Positions 41,291-50,791 of a stretch of DNA of 61,380 nt are shown here, one piece after another. The DNA is from Bacteroidota bacterium. GTDB lineage: Bacteria; Bacteroidota; Bacteroidia; AKYH767-A; 2013-40CM-41-45. The DNA lies in the NCBI GenBank assembly GCA_003151745.1, contig PLYJ01000033.1, forward strand, positions 1-61,380. The letters are read 5' to 3'. Position 1 is the first letter of the stretch. Each line of letters begins with the position of its first letter. Under the pieces are notes generated by a model. It was given only the letters and a program-made list of their open reading frames with translations, had not been told where the DNA came from and ran no database searches. A program made the translations under genes and the position numbers.

Positions 41291-41544
41291 AATTAAGGAA
41301 TGGAATCCCGCACATGAGGGAATGACTCGGATAAGCCGAATCGCACACGTGCGGGATGCTATTAGCGCGCAAATATACCCCGCAAACAAACAATGAAATA
41401 ACATCGTCATTTCTTTATTTCAACATCAGTCCCCTTTCATAATTCACTGAGAATTATCAGAAGAAAGTTAAATAATACAACGCATCATTCCACCATCCCA
41501 ACTTTTCTTCTCCTTTTTATTCAAAAAGCGCTGTTAACTAACAG

Positions 41545-41796
41545 GTGATTACCGATAACTAAATCACGATTACCGGTAACCATAGTTTAGGTATCTTTCC
41601 CTATTTGGTGGCTACAGGTAATCACCATTTAGGTACCTTTCCCTATTACGCGATTACTAACCATCACGCAAAAAGTACCGGTAACCACAGTTTAGGTACC
41701 TTTCCCTATTTGGAGATTACGGGTAATCATCATGTGATTGCCGGTAATCACACATTAGGTACCGCTCCCTATTAGGTGGTTGCTAATCATCTTTGG
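41545..41796. repeat. Tandem array, 12 x 21 bp, with two unit types
   Basis: P units of consensus GTGATTACCGGTAATCAC and Q units TTAGGTACCTTTCCCTATT, all in phase. Confidence 0.92.
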
Positions 41797-42273
41797 TCTG
41801 TTTCCGGCGAATTGGAGAGGAAAATTGGGATTCTATCCCTTTTCGCAGGTAAAAAGATAATATAAACTCATTTGCCGGTATTACTTAAAGGTTATATTTT
41901 AAAAAAACGATTGAATTAAGAAAGAGGGATAGTGAAAAAACGCGAATTCTTAATTTGTTTCAGAGTATTTCAATCTTGAATTTGCATAAAAAAGTAAAAA
42001 GCGAATTGGACAAGGTGAGGAGAAGTTGCTTTTTTGCGGGAATTGGAAAAGTTGGGTGATGGGTTGGGTTTGTTTAGGGAATTGGGGAAATGGTTTGATA
42101 ATTTGCCATTTGTATAATAACCTACACCGTTTTGAAAGAACAAGCAACGTATTGTTTTTATTGTTTTTTGCCAACACACAAGCTCAACAAAAAAATTAGT
42201 GTGTATTTTCTCCAACGCGCTGCTTGTTGATAAATATTCCCCCTTTTGCAAGTGTTAACTCGAATCAGAGCTT

Positions 42274-42295
42274 TACATTTGTCAAAATTTGACAA
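42274..42295 (+). promoter_or_regulatory. -7 promoter overlapped by a palindromic operator
   Basis: TACATTTG at 42274-42281 and TTGTCAAA-A-TTTGACAA at 42279-42295. Confidence 0.72.
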
Positions 42296-42310
42296 GTCAA
42301 ATAAAAGAGG

Positions 42311-42616
42311 ATGAATTATTTCGGAGAAAAAATAAAAGAGTTGAGAGAGCAAAAAGGTTTACTTCAAAAACACATTGCCAGCCGACTTGACATTGATACT
42401 CCAATGTTGAGTAAAATTGAAAGAGGAGAACGCAAAGCGAAACGAGAACAAGTTCCCATTCTTGCAAAAGTATTGACAACTGACAAAGATGATTTGCTTT
42501 CGCTTTGGTTAGCCGACAAAGTTTACGATATTGTGAAAGATGAGAATGTGGCTTTGAGAGCAATGCAAGTAGCAGAAGAAGAAATAAAATATGAAACAAC
42601 TAAAAAAACTAAATGA
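42311..42616 (+). CDS. XRE-family HTH regulator (controller-like)
   Basis: FGEKIKELRE...LSKIERGER. Confidence 0.92.
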   Translation: MNYFGEKIKELREQKGLLQKHIASRLDIDTPMLSKIERGERKAKREQVPILAKVLTTDKDDLLSLWLADKVYDIVKDENVALRAMQVAEEEIKYETTKKTK

Positions 42617-43995
42617 GTTTTAATCCAGACATACAATATCGTTGCACAATTATCAGAGGTAAATCTATTTCAAGAATGGATGACTACCTTCCTGTTTATG
42701 CAGAAATTCTAAACGAAATTTGTCCAATACCTTCAAACCAGTTTGACGAAACGTTTGACAAAAAACTTTCTCACTACATCAAAGATGATTACAAGACAAT
42801 TAAAAATCATCGCACCGAAAATGTAGATAAACTTTTAGGAATGTATTTTGAAAAAGACGATATCATTTATATTTCCGAGAGAACAAAAAAGTTTTTAGAG
42901 GACAATGACCAACCTGCATTTTTCAAAAGTGTTTGCTTCAAGTTTCAGCAACCAAATGGCTCTCAAAAAATCAATACAACAGCCGACAAGGTTCAGCACG
43001 AAATAAATTTTAAACCTTATCATTTTATTTTGGCACTTTTAAAATCAGCCGCTACAAAAAGTATCGTTTTCACAAAAGATGAAGTTGCATACTATGTTTT
43101 AAATGCACTTCAAGTTTTACAAGGAAGTGTTTCGGTTGACGAAGTGCTAAAAACAATTCTTTCGGACAGAGCAAAAAAAGTTCACAAGAAAGTTGAAACC
43201 CCTGGCAAAGCATACTCTTATTCGTTTCAACATATCAATGAGCAGTTTGATTATTTAGAACTTGCAAACCTCATTCGTAAAGACGGAAAATCTATTTGGC
43301 TTAATTCTAGGGAAACAACATCAACGGAATTATTCGTAAGAGATTTATCAAAGCCATTAGCGATTGATTTTTCCAAATACAATTTTGATGAAAAAGGAAT
43401 TGGAAAAATAGTTGAACTTGAGTGGCAAGAATATTTCGGTGCAATTTCAGAGAAGGAATCTCTTGCCTTTGCAACTAGTATTTCAAGTTTAGAAACTGCT
43501 TTACCTACTGATGTATCTCCGAAAGTTCCAACAGTTTCAACTATTGAAATTGGTGATGAAGGTGAAAATTTTGTTTTACAAATTGAAAGAAACCTTGTAA
43601 AAGCATTCAACCCAAGATTAGTAAACAAAGTAAATTTTCACGGCAAGCAAAGAGGTTTGGGTTACGACATTACATCTATTGAGGCAAGCAGAAATAAAAA
43701 GAATCCTGAATACTTACGATACATTGAAGTTAAGGCAACAAAGCGTGTTCATCCGCCTGACTTTACAGATACATTAGACACAATAAACCTTACAAGAAAC
43801 GAATGGGTTGCAGCAGAGCAGCAATCAAATCACTTTTACATTTATAGAATTTACTTCACAACAAAAGGAACTTTCATTAGTATCATCAAAGACCCAGTGA
43901 AGAAAAATGATGATGGACTTTTGTATGCAACCCCGACAGTTTACAGATTAGAATTTGGTGATAAAGCCGTTGACGAAAAACTAATATTCGCCTAA
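42613..43995 (+). CDS. Putative restriction endonuclease with C-terminal DUF3883 PD-(D/E)xK domain
   Basis: GDEGE, GYDITS, YIEVKAT and LTRNEW; lies next to two methyltransferases. Confidence 0.78.
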   Translation: MSFNPDIQYRCTIIRGKSISRMDDYLPVYAEILNEICPIPSNQFDETFDKKLSHYIKDDYKTIKNHRTENVDKLLGMYFEKDDIIYISERTKKFLEDNDQPAFFKSVCFKFQQPNGSQKINTTADKVQHEINFKPYHFILALLKSAATKSIVFTKDEVAYYVLNALQVLQGSVSVDEVLKTILSDRAKKVHKKVETPGKAYSYSFQHINEQFDYLELANLIRKDGKSIWLNSRETTSTELFVRDLSKPLAIDFSKYNFDEKGIGKIVELEWQEYFGAISEKESLAFATSISSLETALPTDVSPKVPTVSTIEIGDEGENFVLQIERNLVKAFNPRLVNKVNFHGKQRGLGYDITSIEASRNKKNPEYLRYIEVKATKRVHPPDFTDTLDTINLTRNEWVAAEQQSNHFYIYRIYFTTKGTFISIIKDPVKKNDDGLLYATPTVYRLEFGDKAVDEKLIFA

Positions 43996-45431
43996 TGGAA
44001 CCAACAAAAACATACGGAAAAAATTATTTCAGCGACTTTGAATTATCTGTTTTAAACGAACCGATAGGAGAAACAATTCCATTGTTTGAAGGCACCACTT
44101 CTAATGTTCAAACAGAACAATTTGAAATTTTCAAGTCGTTAGAAAAAAATGCTCCATTCATAAATGCAGGCTCTTTCAGTAACCAAGTTCATTTTCAAAA
44201 CGCGTATCAAACACCAGTGCAAAGATGGTTTCCTTATCGGGAAGGATATTCAACACGGCTTGTAAATACTTTCATCAAAGAATTAAAAATCACAGGAAAT
44301 ATTTTTGACCCATTCTCCGGCAGTGGCACAACTTTACTTGCATCAAGACAACAGAATCTCAATTCCTTTGGCATTGATGTAAACCCGATTTCAGTTTTAG
44401 TTGCAAAAGTTGAGAATGAAAAATATAGCAACAGCGACCTTGGAAACCTCAATTCTGAAATTGAAAAACTAAAAGCAATTTCAAAATCAAAAGAAGTTTT
44501 TCAAACTTGTTTTGACCTTGCTGATAAAGTTTTCAATTCTGAAATTCTTCAAACGCTTTTGCAGTTGAAGCTTCACATCAAGAAAATTGAAAACAAGAAA
44601 ACGCAAAACATTTTTTTTGTTGCGTGGCTTGCAATCATTGAAGATGTTTCCAACATCAAGAAGGAAGGCAATGGAATTAAATATAAAAACAGAAAGAGAA
44701 CACCCAACGGCTACATAAACATTGATAAAGATGTTTGGGAAAAACAAGTTTTCCCCGAAGACAAATTCAATTTTGTAAAAACAAAATTGATAAAACATCT
44801 TGAAATGATTTCGGTAGACATCAGAAATGATTTCGGTAGTTGTGAAAAGCAACCACAAATTTTTAAAGGAAGTTGTTTAGAGTTTGATAAATTATTTTCA
44901 GACGAAATAGAGTTTACTTTTTTCTCTCCACCTTACTGCAATTGCTTTGACTACTTTGAAATTCATAAAGTGGATTTATGGCTTGGTGATTTTGTTGCAG
45001 TCAAAGAAGAATTCAGATTGCTTCGCAATACTGGTTTTCGTTCAAACACAAATTCATTAAACCACAAGCCGATAATTTACAAGAATGAACACCTTGAAAA
45101 TTTGGTTTCTCTTTTTGACAGCGATAAACTTTGGAACACAAGAATACCGAGTGTTGTAAGAGGGTATTTTGACGACACACATACTTTGCTGAATAAACTT
45201 TATCAGCAAACAACAAAAGGAGGAAGTGTTGGGATTGTAGTTGGCAACTCTGCATATTCAGGAGTAATAATTCCAAGCGATGTTTTGATTGCTGACATTG
45301 CAAGAAAAATTGGTTTCAAAGTGAAAAACATTTTTGTTACACGACACTTGACGACAAGTTCACAACAGAAACAAGAATTAGAAATTCTAAAAAACTATTT
45401 GCGAGAAAGCATTGTATTACTTGAAAAATGA
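43995..45431 (+). CDS. DNA methyltransferase, probably N4-cytosine
   Basis: DPFSGSGTT, then FSPPY. Confidence 0.88.
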   Translation: MEPTKTYGKNYFSDFELSVLNEPIGETIPLFEGTTSNVQTEQFEIFKSLEKNAPFINAGSFSNQVHFQNAYQTPVQRWFPYREGYSTRLVNTFIKELKITGNIFDPFSGSGTTLLASRQQNLNSFGIDVNPISVLVAKVENEKYSNSDLGNLNSEIEKLKAISKSKEVFQTCFDLADKVFNSEILQTLLQLKLHIKKIENKKTQNIFFVAWLAIIEDVSNIKKEGNGIKYKNRKRTPNGYINIDKDVWEKQVFPEDKFNFVKTKLIKHLEMISVDIRNDFGSCEKQPQIFKGSCLEFDKLFSDEIEFTFFSPPYCNCFDYFEIHKVDLWLGDFVAVKEEFRLLRNTGFRSNTNSLNHKPIIYKNEHLENLVSLFDSDKLWNTRIPSVVRGYFDDTHTLLNKLYQQTTKGGSVGIVVGNSAYSGVIIPSDVLIADIARKIGFKVKNIFVTRHLTTSSQQKQELEILKNYLRESIVLLEK

Positions 45432-46834
45432 TTGACACACCGGAATATCAATTTGTTAAAGAAATTATCCCGACAGAAATTGAAGAAAATTCAATTCTGA
45501 ATATCGTAACCCGCGATGTAAACACACATACACACGGGTTTCATAAATATCCAGCGAAATTTATTCCTCACATTCCTAAATGGGCAATCGGAAAATACTT
45601 GAACGGCAACAAAGACAAAAATATTCTTGACCCATTTTGCGGTTCGGGAACGACTTTAGTTGAAGGAGTATTAGCAGGATACAATGTCATCGGGGTTGAC
45701 ATTGACCCATTGTCAGCAATGATTTCAAAAGTAAAAATAACAAGAGTTGATAAAAAAACACTGAAAGAAATTTCAGTTTGGTTGGTGAAAGAAATTAAAA
45801 CCAACAGGAAAGGAACATTCAAACCCGATTGTGAAACGATTGAACATTGGTTTACAAAAAGTACAATCAAAAAACTTTCTGCAATCAGGACCTTGATAAA
45901 TCAAATTCCTCAAAAGTTTGGCAACGGCAAAAAAGTAAAAGACATTCAAGACCTTTTGCTGATTTGCTTTTCATCAATCATTCGCAGGGTTTCAAATGCA
46001 GACAATGAATCACAGAAAACATACGTATCGCATACAAAAGTGAAAGAGCCAGTTGAAGTAAATTCACTTTTCTTTTCTCAACTTGATTTGTTTGTTGACA
46101 GAGCAACAAAGTTTTCTTCAGTAACAAATTCCAAAACGAAAAACAAAATTATTCATTCGTCAAGCGCCGCATCATTAGAAAAGAAATTAAACGGATTGCA
46201 AATTGATTTAGCAGTAACATCACCGCCATACATCAAGGCGATTGATTACATCTACAATCAAATGGTAGAACTGTTTTGGATTGGCGACTTGTTTCAAATG
46301 CAGACACAAACGAAACAGAACGAAAAGAAAATTCAGTACATAGGCAACAAGCAAATTTCAAAAACTGAGTTCAATAAATACACTCCTTATAATACAATTT
46401 TAAGTATTGACAAATTAGATGAGAAGTTAAAAGAGATTTACGACACCGATACAAAGAATGGACACAAGCATTCTTATATAACCTTTAAATATTTTGCTGA
46501 AATGGAAAAGCATTTTGCTGAAATGTCAAAGTGTTTGACAACAGGAACTCATTATGTTGTAGTTGTTGGAGATAGTAATGTAAGCGATATTTTTATTAAT
46601 ACCGCAGATTTTCTAATTGACATTGCAGAGAGAAATGGATTTAGAATTACAAACAAGTGGGGGTATAAAATCAAAAATCGTTTTATGAGGTTTGATAGAA
46701 AAGGTAGAGGTGGAATAATTGAAATTGATTGGGTACTGGACTTTGAAAGGAAAAGCCAACTCACAAAAAAATACAATCTTAAAAAACGCACAAACCTTGA
46801 ACCATCACCTCCCTTGCCTTCTGACTTTTTTTAG
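45428..46834 (+). CDS. DNA methyltransferase, probably N4-cytosine
   Basis: HKYPAKF, DPFCGSGTT and TSPPY. Confidence 0.88.
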   Translation: MIDTPEYQFVKEIIPTEIEENSILNIVTRDVNTHTHGFHKYPAKFIPHIPKWAIGKYLNGNKDKNILDPFCGSGTTLVEGVLAGYNVIGVDIDPLSAMISKVKITRVDKKTLKEISVWLVKEIKTNRKGTFKPDCETIEHWFTKSTIKKLSAIRTLINQIPQKFGNGKKVKDIQDLLLICFSSIIRRVSNADNESQKTYVSHTKVKEPVEVNSLFFSQLDLFVDRATKFSSVTNSKTKNKIIHSSSAASLEKKLNGLQIDLAVTSPPYIKAIDYIYNQMVELFWIGDLFQMQTQTKQNEKKIQYIGNKQISKTEFNKYTPYNTILSIDKLDEKLKEIYDTDTKNGHKHSYITFKYFAEMEKHFAEMSKCLTTGTHYVVVVGDSNVSDIFINTADFLIDIAERNGFRITNKWGYKIKNRFMRFDRKGRGGIIEIDWVLDFERKSQLTKKYNLKKRTNLEPSPPLPSDFF

Positions 46835-46890
46835 CTATGTTTGTCCGATAGGACTTCGCTTTATTTGAGTCCTGTTTATACTAACGAAAC

Positions 46891-47628
46891 GTGGAAAAAG
46901 CATTTGAAATAAAACTACCGCAGTTTGAAGGCCCTTTTGACCTGCTGCTGTTCTTCATCGAGCGCGATGAGGTGGATATTAATAACATCCCCATTGCCAG
47001 GATCACTAACGATTTCCTGGAATATATACATCAGTTCAGCGAGCTGAACATGGAGGTGGCAAGCGAGTTCATTTTAGTGGCTGCCACGCTGATGCGCATC
47101 AAAGCCAAGATGCTCATCCCGCGGCCTGAGATGGATGAACAAGGCAATGAAATTGATCCGAGAAAAGATTTGGTGGACCGGCTGATGCTTTACCGCCAAT
47201 TCAAAGAAGCTACGCATGATCTTAGCGTGCTTGAAGAAGACCGCTCGCTGAAAACCATTCGCGGCAACATACAGCGCGACCTTGCAGAGATTGCCAAGAG
47301 CACTACTTATGCTGATGAGCTACAAAGCCTCACGCTTTACCACCTGCTCAATTCTTTTGAAAAAGTATTGAAGCGCTTCGATGCCGAACAGAACAAGACT
47401 ATACATACGGTAGTGCCTTATCCTTACACCATCGAGGAGCAGCGCGATTTCGTCATTAACCAAATTCGTTCCCGCGAAAAACTTTCTTTCACCGATGTGC
47501 TGTATGCCTGTAAGAATAAGGTGCAGACGATATTTACCTTTCTCGCCATCCTTGAACTTCTCCAGACGCAGACGATAAAGATTACGCTTGGTCTTGGCTT
47601 TAATAATTTCTGGCTCACGGAAAATTAA
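46891..47628 (+). CDS. scpA: Segregation and condensation protein A
   Basis: FEGPFDLLL and FLAILEL. Confidence 0.93.
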   Translation: MEKAFEIKLPQFEGPFDLLLFFIERDEVDINNIPIARITNDFLEYIHQFSELNMEVASEFILVAATLMRIKAKMLIPRPEMDEQGNEIDPRKDLVDRLMLYRQFKEATHDLSVLEEDRSLKTIRGNIQRDLAEIAKSTTYADELQSLTLYHLLNSFEKVLKRFDAEQNKTIHTVVPYPYTIEEQRDFVINQIRSREKLSFTDVLYACKNKVQTIFTFLAILELLQTQTIKITLGLGFNNFWLTEN

Positions 47629-47633
47629 AAATC

Positions 47634-47716
47634 AGTTCAAAGTTCAATGTTTCTCAGTTCAATGTTAGCGAATTTACTGAGGTTACCTTTGAACATTGAA
47701 TTGAGCAACTTTGAAC
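47634..47716. repeat. Gene-less GTTCAAA-family hairpin
   Basis: agttcaaagttcaatgtttctcagttcaatgtt ... tttgaacattgaattgagcaactttgaac. Confidence 0.88.
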
Positions 47717-47725
47717 CGAAGTAAA

Positions 47726-48814
47726 ATGGATCAAGACGCCAAACAGATATTACGCACTTTTCGTCCGGTACGGATCATGCTGCCTGTCATCATTGGTCTT
47801 GGTGTAGTCATCTATCTGCTCTGGCACGATTCCGATAAGCAAGCCCTGTTGAACATCAGGTGGACGTGGAACTCTTCGGCATGGCTGGGTGTTGCTCTTT
47901 TCATGATGGTGGTGCGCGATTTTTCTTACATGATCCGCATACGGGTGCTCACCGACAACCAGCTTGACTGGTATCGCAGCTTCATCGTCATCATGTTGTG
48001 GGAGTTTGCATCGGCGCTTGCTCCCGGCATCATCGGAGGAGGATTTTTCTTTGCCATGTTCATCCTGAACCGCGAAGGCGTGAATATGGGCAAGAGCATT
48101 ACTGCCATTATGAACTCTTCTTTTTTGGACGGCATTTTTCTCGCCATCATGGCTCCGATTGTTTATTGGGTTGTCGGTAAAGAGTTGCTCTTCTCAGGTC
48201 TCAACCTCCATGGCGTCTTTGGCGGCGGTATTTTTTACGCTTTCTGGCTTATCTATTTTATCATTCTTGCTTACAAACTTTTTGTCGCCTATGCGCTTTT
48301 TGTCAATCCCTATTTTGTAAAGATTCTGATTGTAAAATTATTTTCATTTCCCTTCCTGGTCCGGTTCAAGCGTAAAGCCATCGAAACCGGCAACCAGCTG
48401 ATCATTGCTTCCGAAGAATTGAAAAAACAAAACTGGAAGTACTGGATGAATTCACTCGGCGCCACTTTTGCTTCGTGGACGGCACGCTTCATCATCGTCA
48501 ACTGTCTTGTGCATGCTTTCAATCCTGCATCGCTCGGATTTATGGATAACCTTGCTATATATGGCAAGCAGGTTATCATGGGCATTATTATCATCACCAG
48601 CGTAACGCCGGGAGGAAGCGGCATTGCAGAGCTTATGTTCGTGCGGCTGCTAAATGAATTTATTGCCACAGGGCTTGCACCAACGCTAAGCTTTCTCTGG
48701 CGCCTGCTCAGCTATTATCCTTACCTCATCATCGGCGTCATCATCCTGCCGCGATGGATACGGCAGAAATTCACGAAGGCTGAAATCATCAGCAGTGATA
48801 TAAAGATTGTTTAA
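47726..48814 (+). CDS. Lysylphosphatidylglycerol synthase TM / flippase-like protein
   Basis: Polytopic; TPGGSGIAE and WRLLSYY. Confidence 0.85.
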   Translation: MDQDAKQILRTFRPVRIMLPVIIGLGVVIYLLWHDSDKQALLNIRWTWNSSAWLGVALFMMVVRDFSYMIRIRVLTDNQLDWYRSFIVIMLWEFASALAPGIIGGGFFFAMFILNREGVNMGKSITAIMNSSFLDGIFLAIMAPIVYWVVGKELLFSGLNLHGVFGGGIFYAFWLIYFIILAYKLFVAYALFVNPYFVKILIVKLFSFPFLVRFKRKAIETGNQLIIASEELKKQNWKYWMNSLGATFASWTARFIIVNCLVHAFNPASLGFMDNLAIYGKQVIMGIIIITSVTPGGSGIAELMFVRLLNEFIATGLAPTLSFLWRLLSYYPYLIIGVIILPRWIRQKFTKAEIISSDIKIV

Positions 48815-48894
48815 ACATTGGTCCTTTTTATACAAAGACGTTTCACAATCCACTTCCTGCGTTTTTAAAATAAAATGATTTGCCCTTCCGGAAA

Positions 48895-49881
48895 TTACAA
48901 TCCTAACAAATTAAAAAGATAGTAAATAACTGCTCCCAATAAAGCAGACACGGGTATTGTGAGCAACCATGCCCATAGCAGTTCAATTGTTACACCCCAG
49001 CGAACCGCTGAGACTCTCTTTGTAATGCCTACGCCGATAATCGAACCTGTAATGGTGTGAGTAGTGCTTACCGGAATTCCTAAACGACCTGTGGCAAACA
49101 AGGTGATAGCGCCAGCCGTTTCTGCTGCGAACCCCTCAAAAGGCGTGAGCTTGGTGATTTTACTTCCCATTGTTTTTACAATGCGCCATCCGCCTGACAA
49201 TGTGCCCAGTGCAATGGATGAGTAGCAGGCAATCTCAACCCAGTGTGGCAATTCTTTAATGTCTCCAATAGAATGATTCACAATCATAGCAGCGCCAATA
49301 ATGCCCATTACTTTCTGTGCATCGTTTCCTCCATGCCCGAGGCTGAATGCCGCTGAGGAAACGAGCTGCAATATGCGAAAGAGCTTATCAACCTTTTTCG
49401 GATGAGCGTTCTTGCAAAGATTCAGCGTGATGACAGATATGATATATGAAATGACCATGCCGATAACCGGCGCAAGCAAAATAAAATATAACACAGGGGC
49501 AACTTTATCCATCTTCACTACATGAAAGCCGACATGGGCAATGGCAGCTCCCCCAAAACCGCCGATAAGTGCGTGCGAAGAACTGGATGGAATTCCTTTC
49601 CACCATGTTATCAGGTTCCAGATGATGGCTGCAATCACGCCACATAAAATTACATTCAGCGTAATGGCTTCTACATTCACTGTTTTGGAAACAGTATCCG
49701 CCACGCTGAACTTGAAAAGTGCATAGGCAAGAAAATTAAAACCTGCCGCCCACAGAACAGCAGTTAAAGGAGAAAGAACCTTGGTGGAAACAATAGTAGC
49801 AATAGAGTTGGCGGCATCATGAAACCCGTTGATGAAGTCGAAGATGAGGGCGAGTATTACGACGAGAATGAATAAGGACAT
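48895..49881 (-). CDS. pit: Inorganic phosphate transporter (PiT)
   Basis: GFHDAAN, GGNDAQK and PVSTTH. Confidence 0.95.
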   Translation of the reverse strand: MSLFILVVILALIFDFINGFHDAANSIATIVSTKVLSPLTAVLWAAGFNFLAYALFKFSVADTVSKTVNVEAITLNVILCGVIAAIIWNLITWWKGIPSSSSHALIGGFGGAAIAHVGFHVVKMDKVAPVLYFILLAPVIGMVISYIISVITLNLCKNAHPKKVDKLFRILQLVSSAAFSLGHGGNDAQKVMGIIGAAMIVNHSIGDIKELPHWVEIACYSSIALGTLSGGWRIVKTMGSKITKLTPFEGFAAETAGAITLFATGRLGIPVSTTHTITGSIIGVGITKRVSAVRWGVTIELLWAWLLTIPVSALLGAVIYYLFNLLGL

Positions 49882-49969
49882 AAAGCAGTTTACGATTACA
49901 ATTTACGGTTACAGCAAATCGAAGTGCAAACTGTTAACCGCAGACTGTAAACTGTAAACAAGATTTTTA

Positions 49970-50617
49970 TTATGAGAATTTAACAATCACTGACTCCATA
50001 ACGTTGGCAGCATCTTCGCATTTATCAGTTGCTGTTTCAAGAGCTGACAAAACTTCTTTGATTTTAATTACTTCGATGGCGCTGGTATTGTCGTCAAACA
50101 AACGGGCAATGGCATTATCGAAAATATCGTCAGCATGATTTTCCAGGCTATTCACCTTGACAAGTGCTTCACGCACCTTCATGTAGTTGCGCCTGTTCCG
50201 TAACCCGCGCACAGCAATATTCACCTGCTCGGAGCTTAGTACAATCAGTTCCGCCAACTTTATCATGGCAGGATGAATGGGGTCTATCTTGTATAATTCC
50301 ACCCGCTTGGAAGCGCCGTGAATGAAGTCGAGTACGTCGTCCAAAACAGATGCAAGGCGTTGGATGTCTTCGCGGTCAAATGGAGTTATGAAAGTTGTTT
50401 CCACGTCATGGAAAATCTGGTGCGTAATATCATCACCTACGTGTTCCAGCTTTTCAATCTGCCTGATGTGCTGTATGCGTTTTTCTTTTGAAGGAGTCGT
50501 GAGCGCTTCATAAAGCTCTTTCGAAATAGCTACCAGGTTGGCAGAAGCTTGCTCGAATAAAGGATAAAACTTTTTGTCTTTAGGAATGAAATACTGCAGA
50601 ATGTCATCGATACCCAT
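49970..50617 (-). CDS. DUF47 phosphate transport regulator
   Basis: FITPFDRED; directly upstream of pit. Confidence 0.92.
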   Translation of the reverse strand: MGIDDILQYFIPKDKKFYPLFEQASANLVAISKELYEALTTPSKEKRIQHIRQIEKLEHVGDDITHQIFHDVETTFITPFDREDIQRLASVLDDVLDFIHGASKRVELYKIDPIHPAMIKLAELIVLSSEQVNIAVRGLRNRRNYMKVREALVKVNSLENHADDIFDNAIARLFDDNTSAIEVIKIKEVLSALETATDKCEDAANVMESVIVKFS

Positions 50618-50791
50618 TTGTGAACTAATTATTAATTTTATATTACAAAATTATGAAGGCGCAAAGTAGAGAAAAAAATAATGTTGCGAATGCGAAGATG
50701 TGCAGATATGCAAATGCCATCGGTCAATCCGCACATTTTCACATTTTCACATCTTCACATCTATTTCTATCTTTGTTGAAAAGACATTAAG

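Noticed and set aside
41950-42352. Short minus-strand ORFs and a G-rich tract near 42055-42090
   Set aside because: No protein motifs. The G-quadruplex potential cannot be distinguished from chance.
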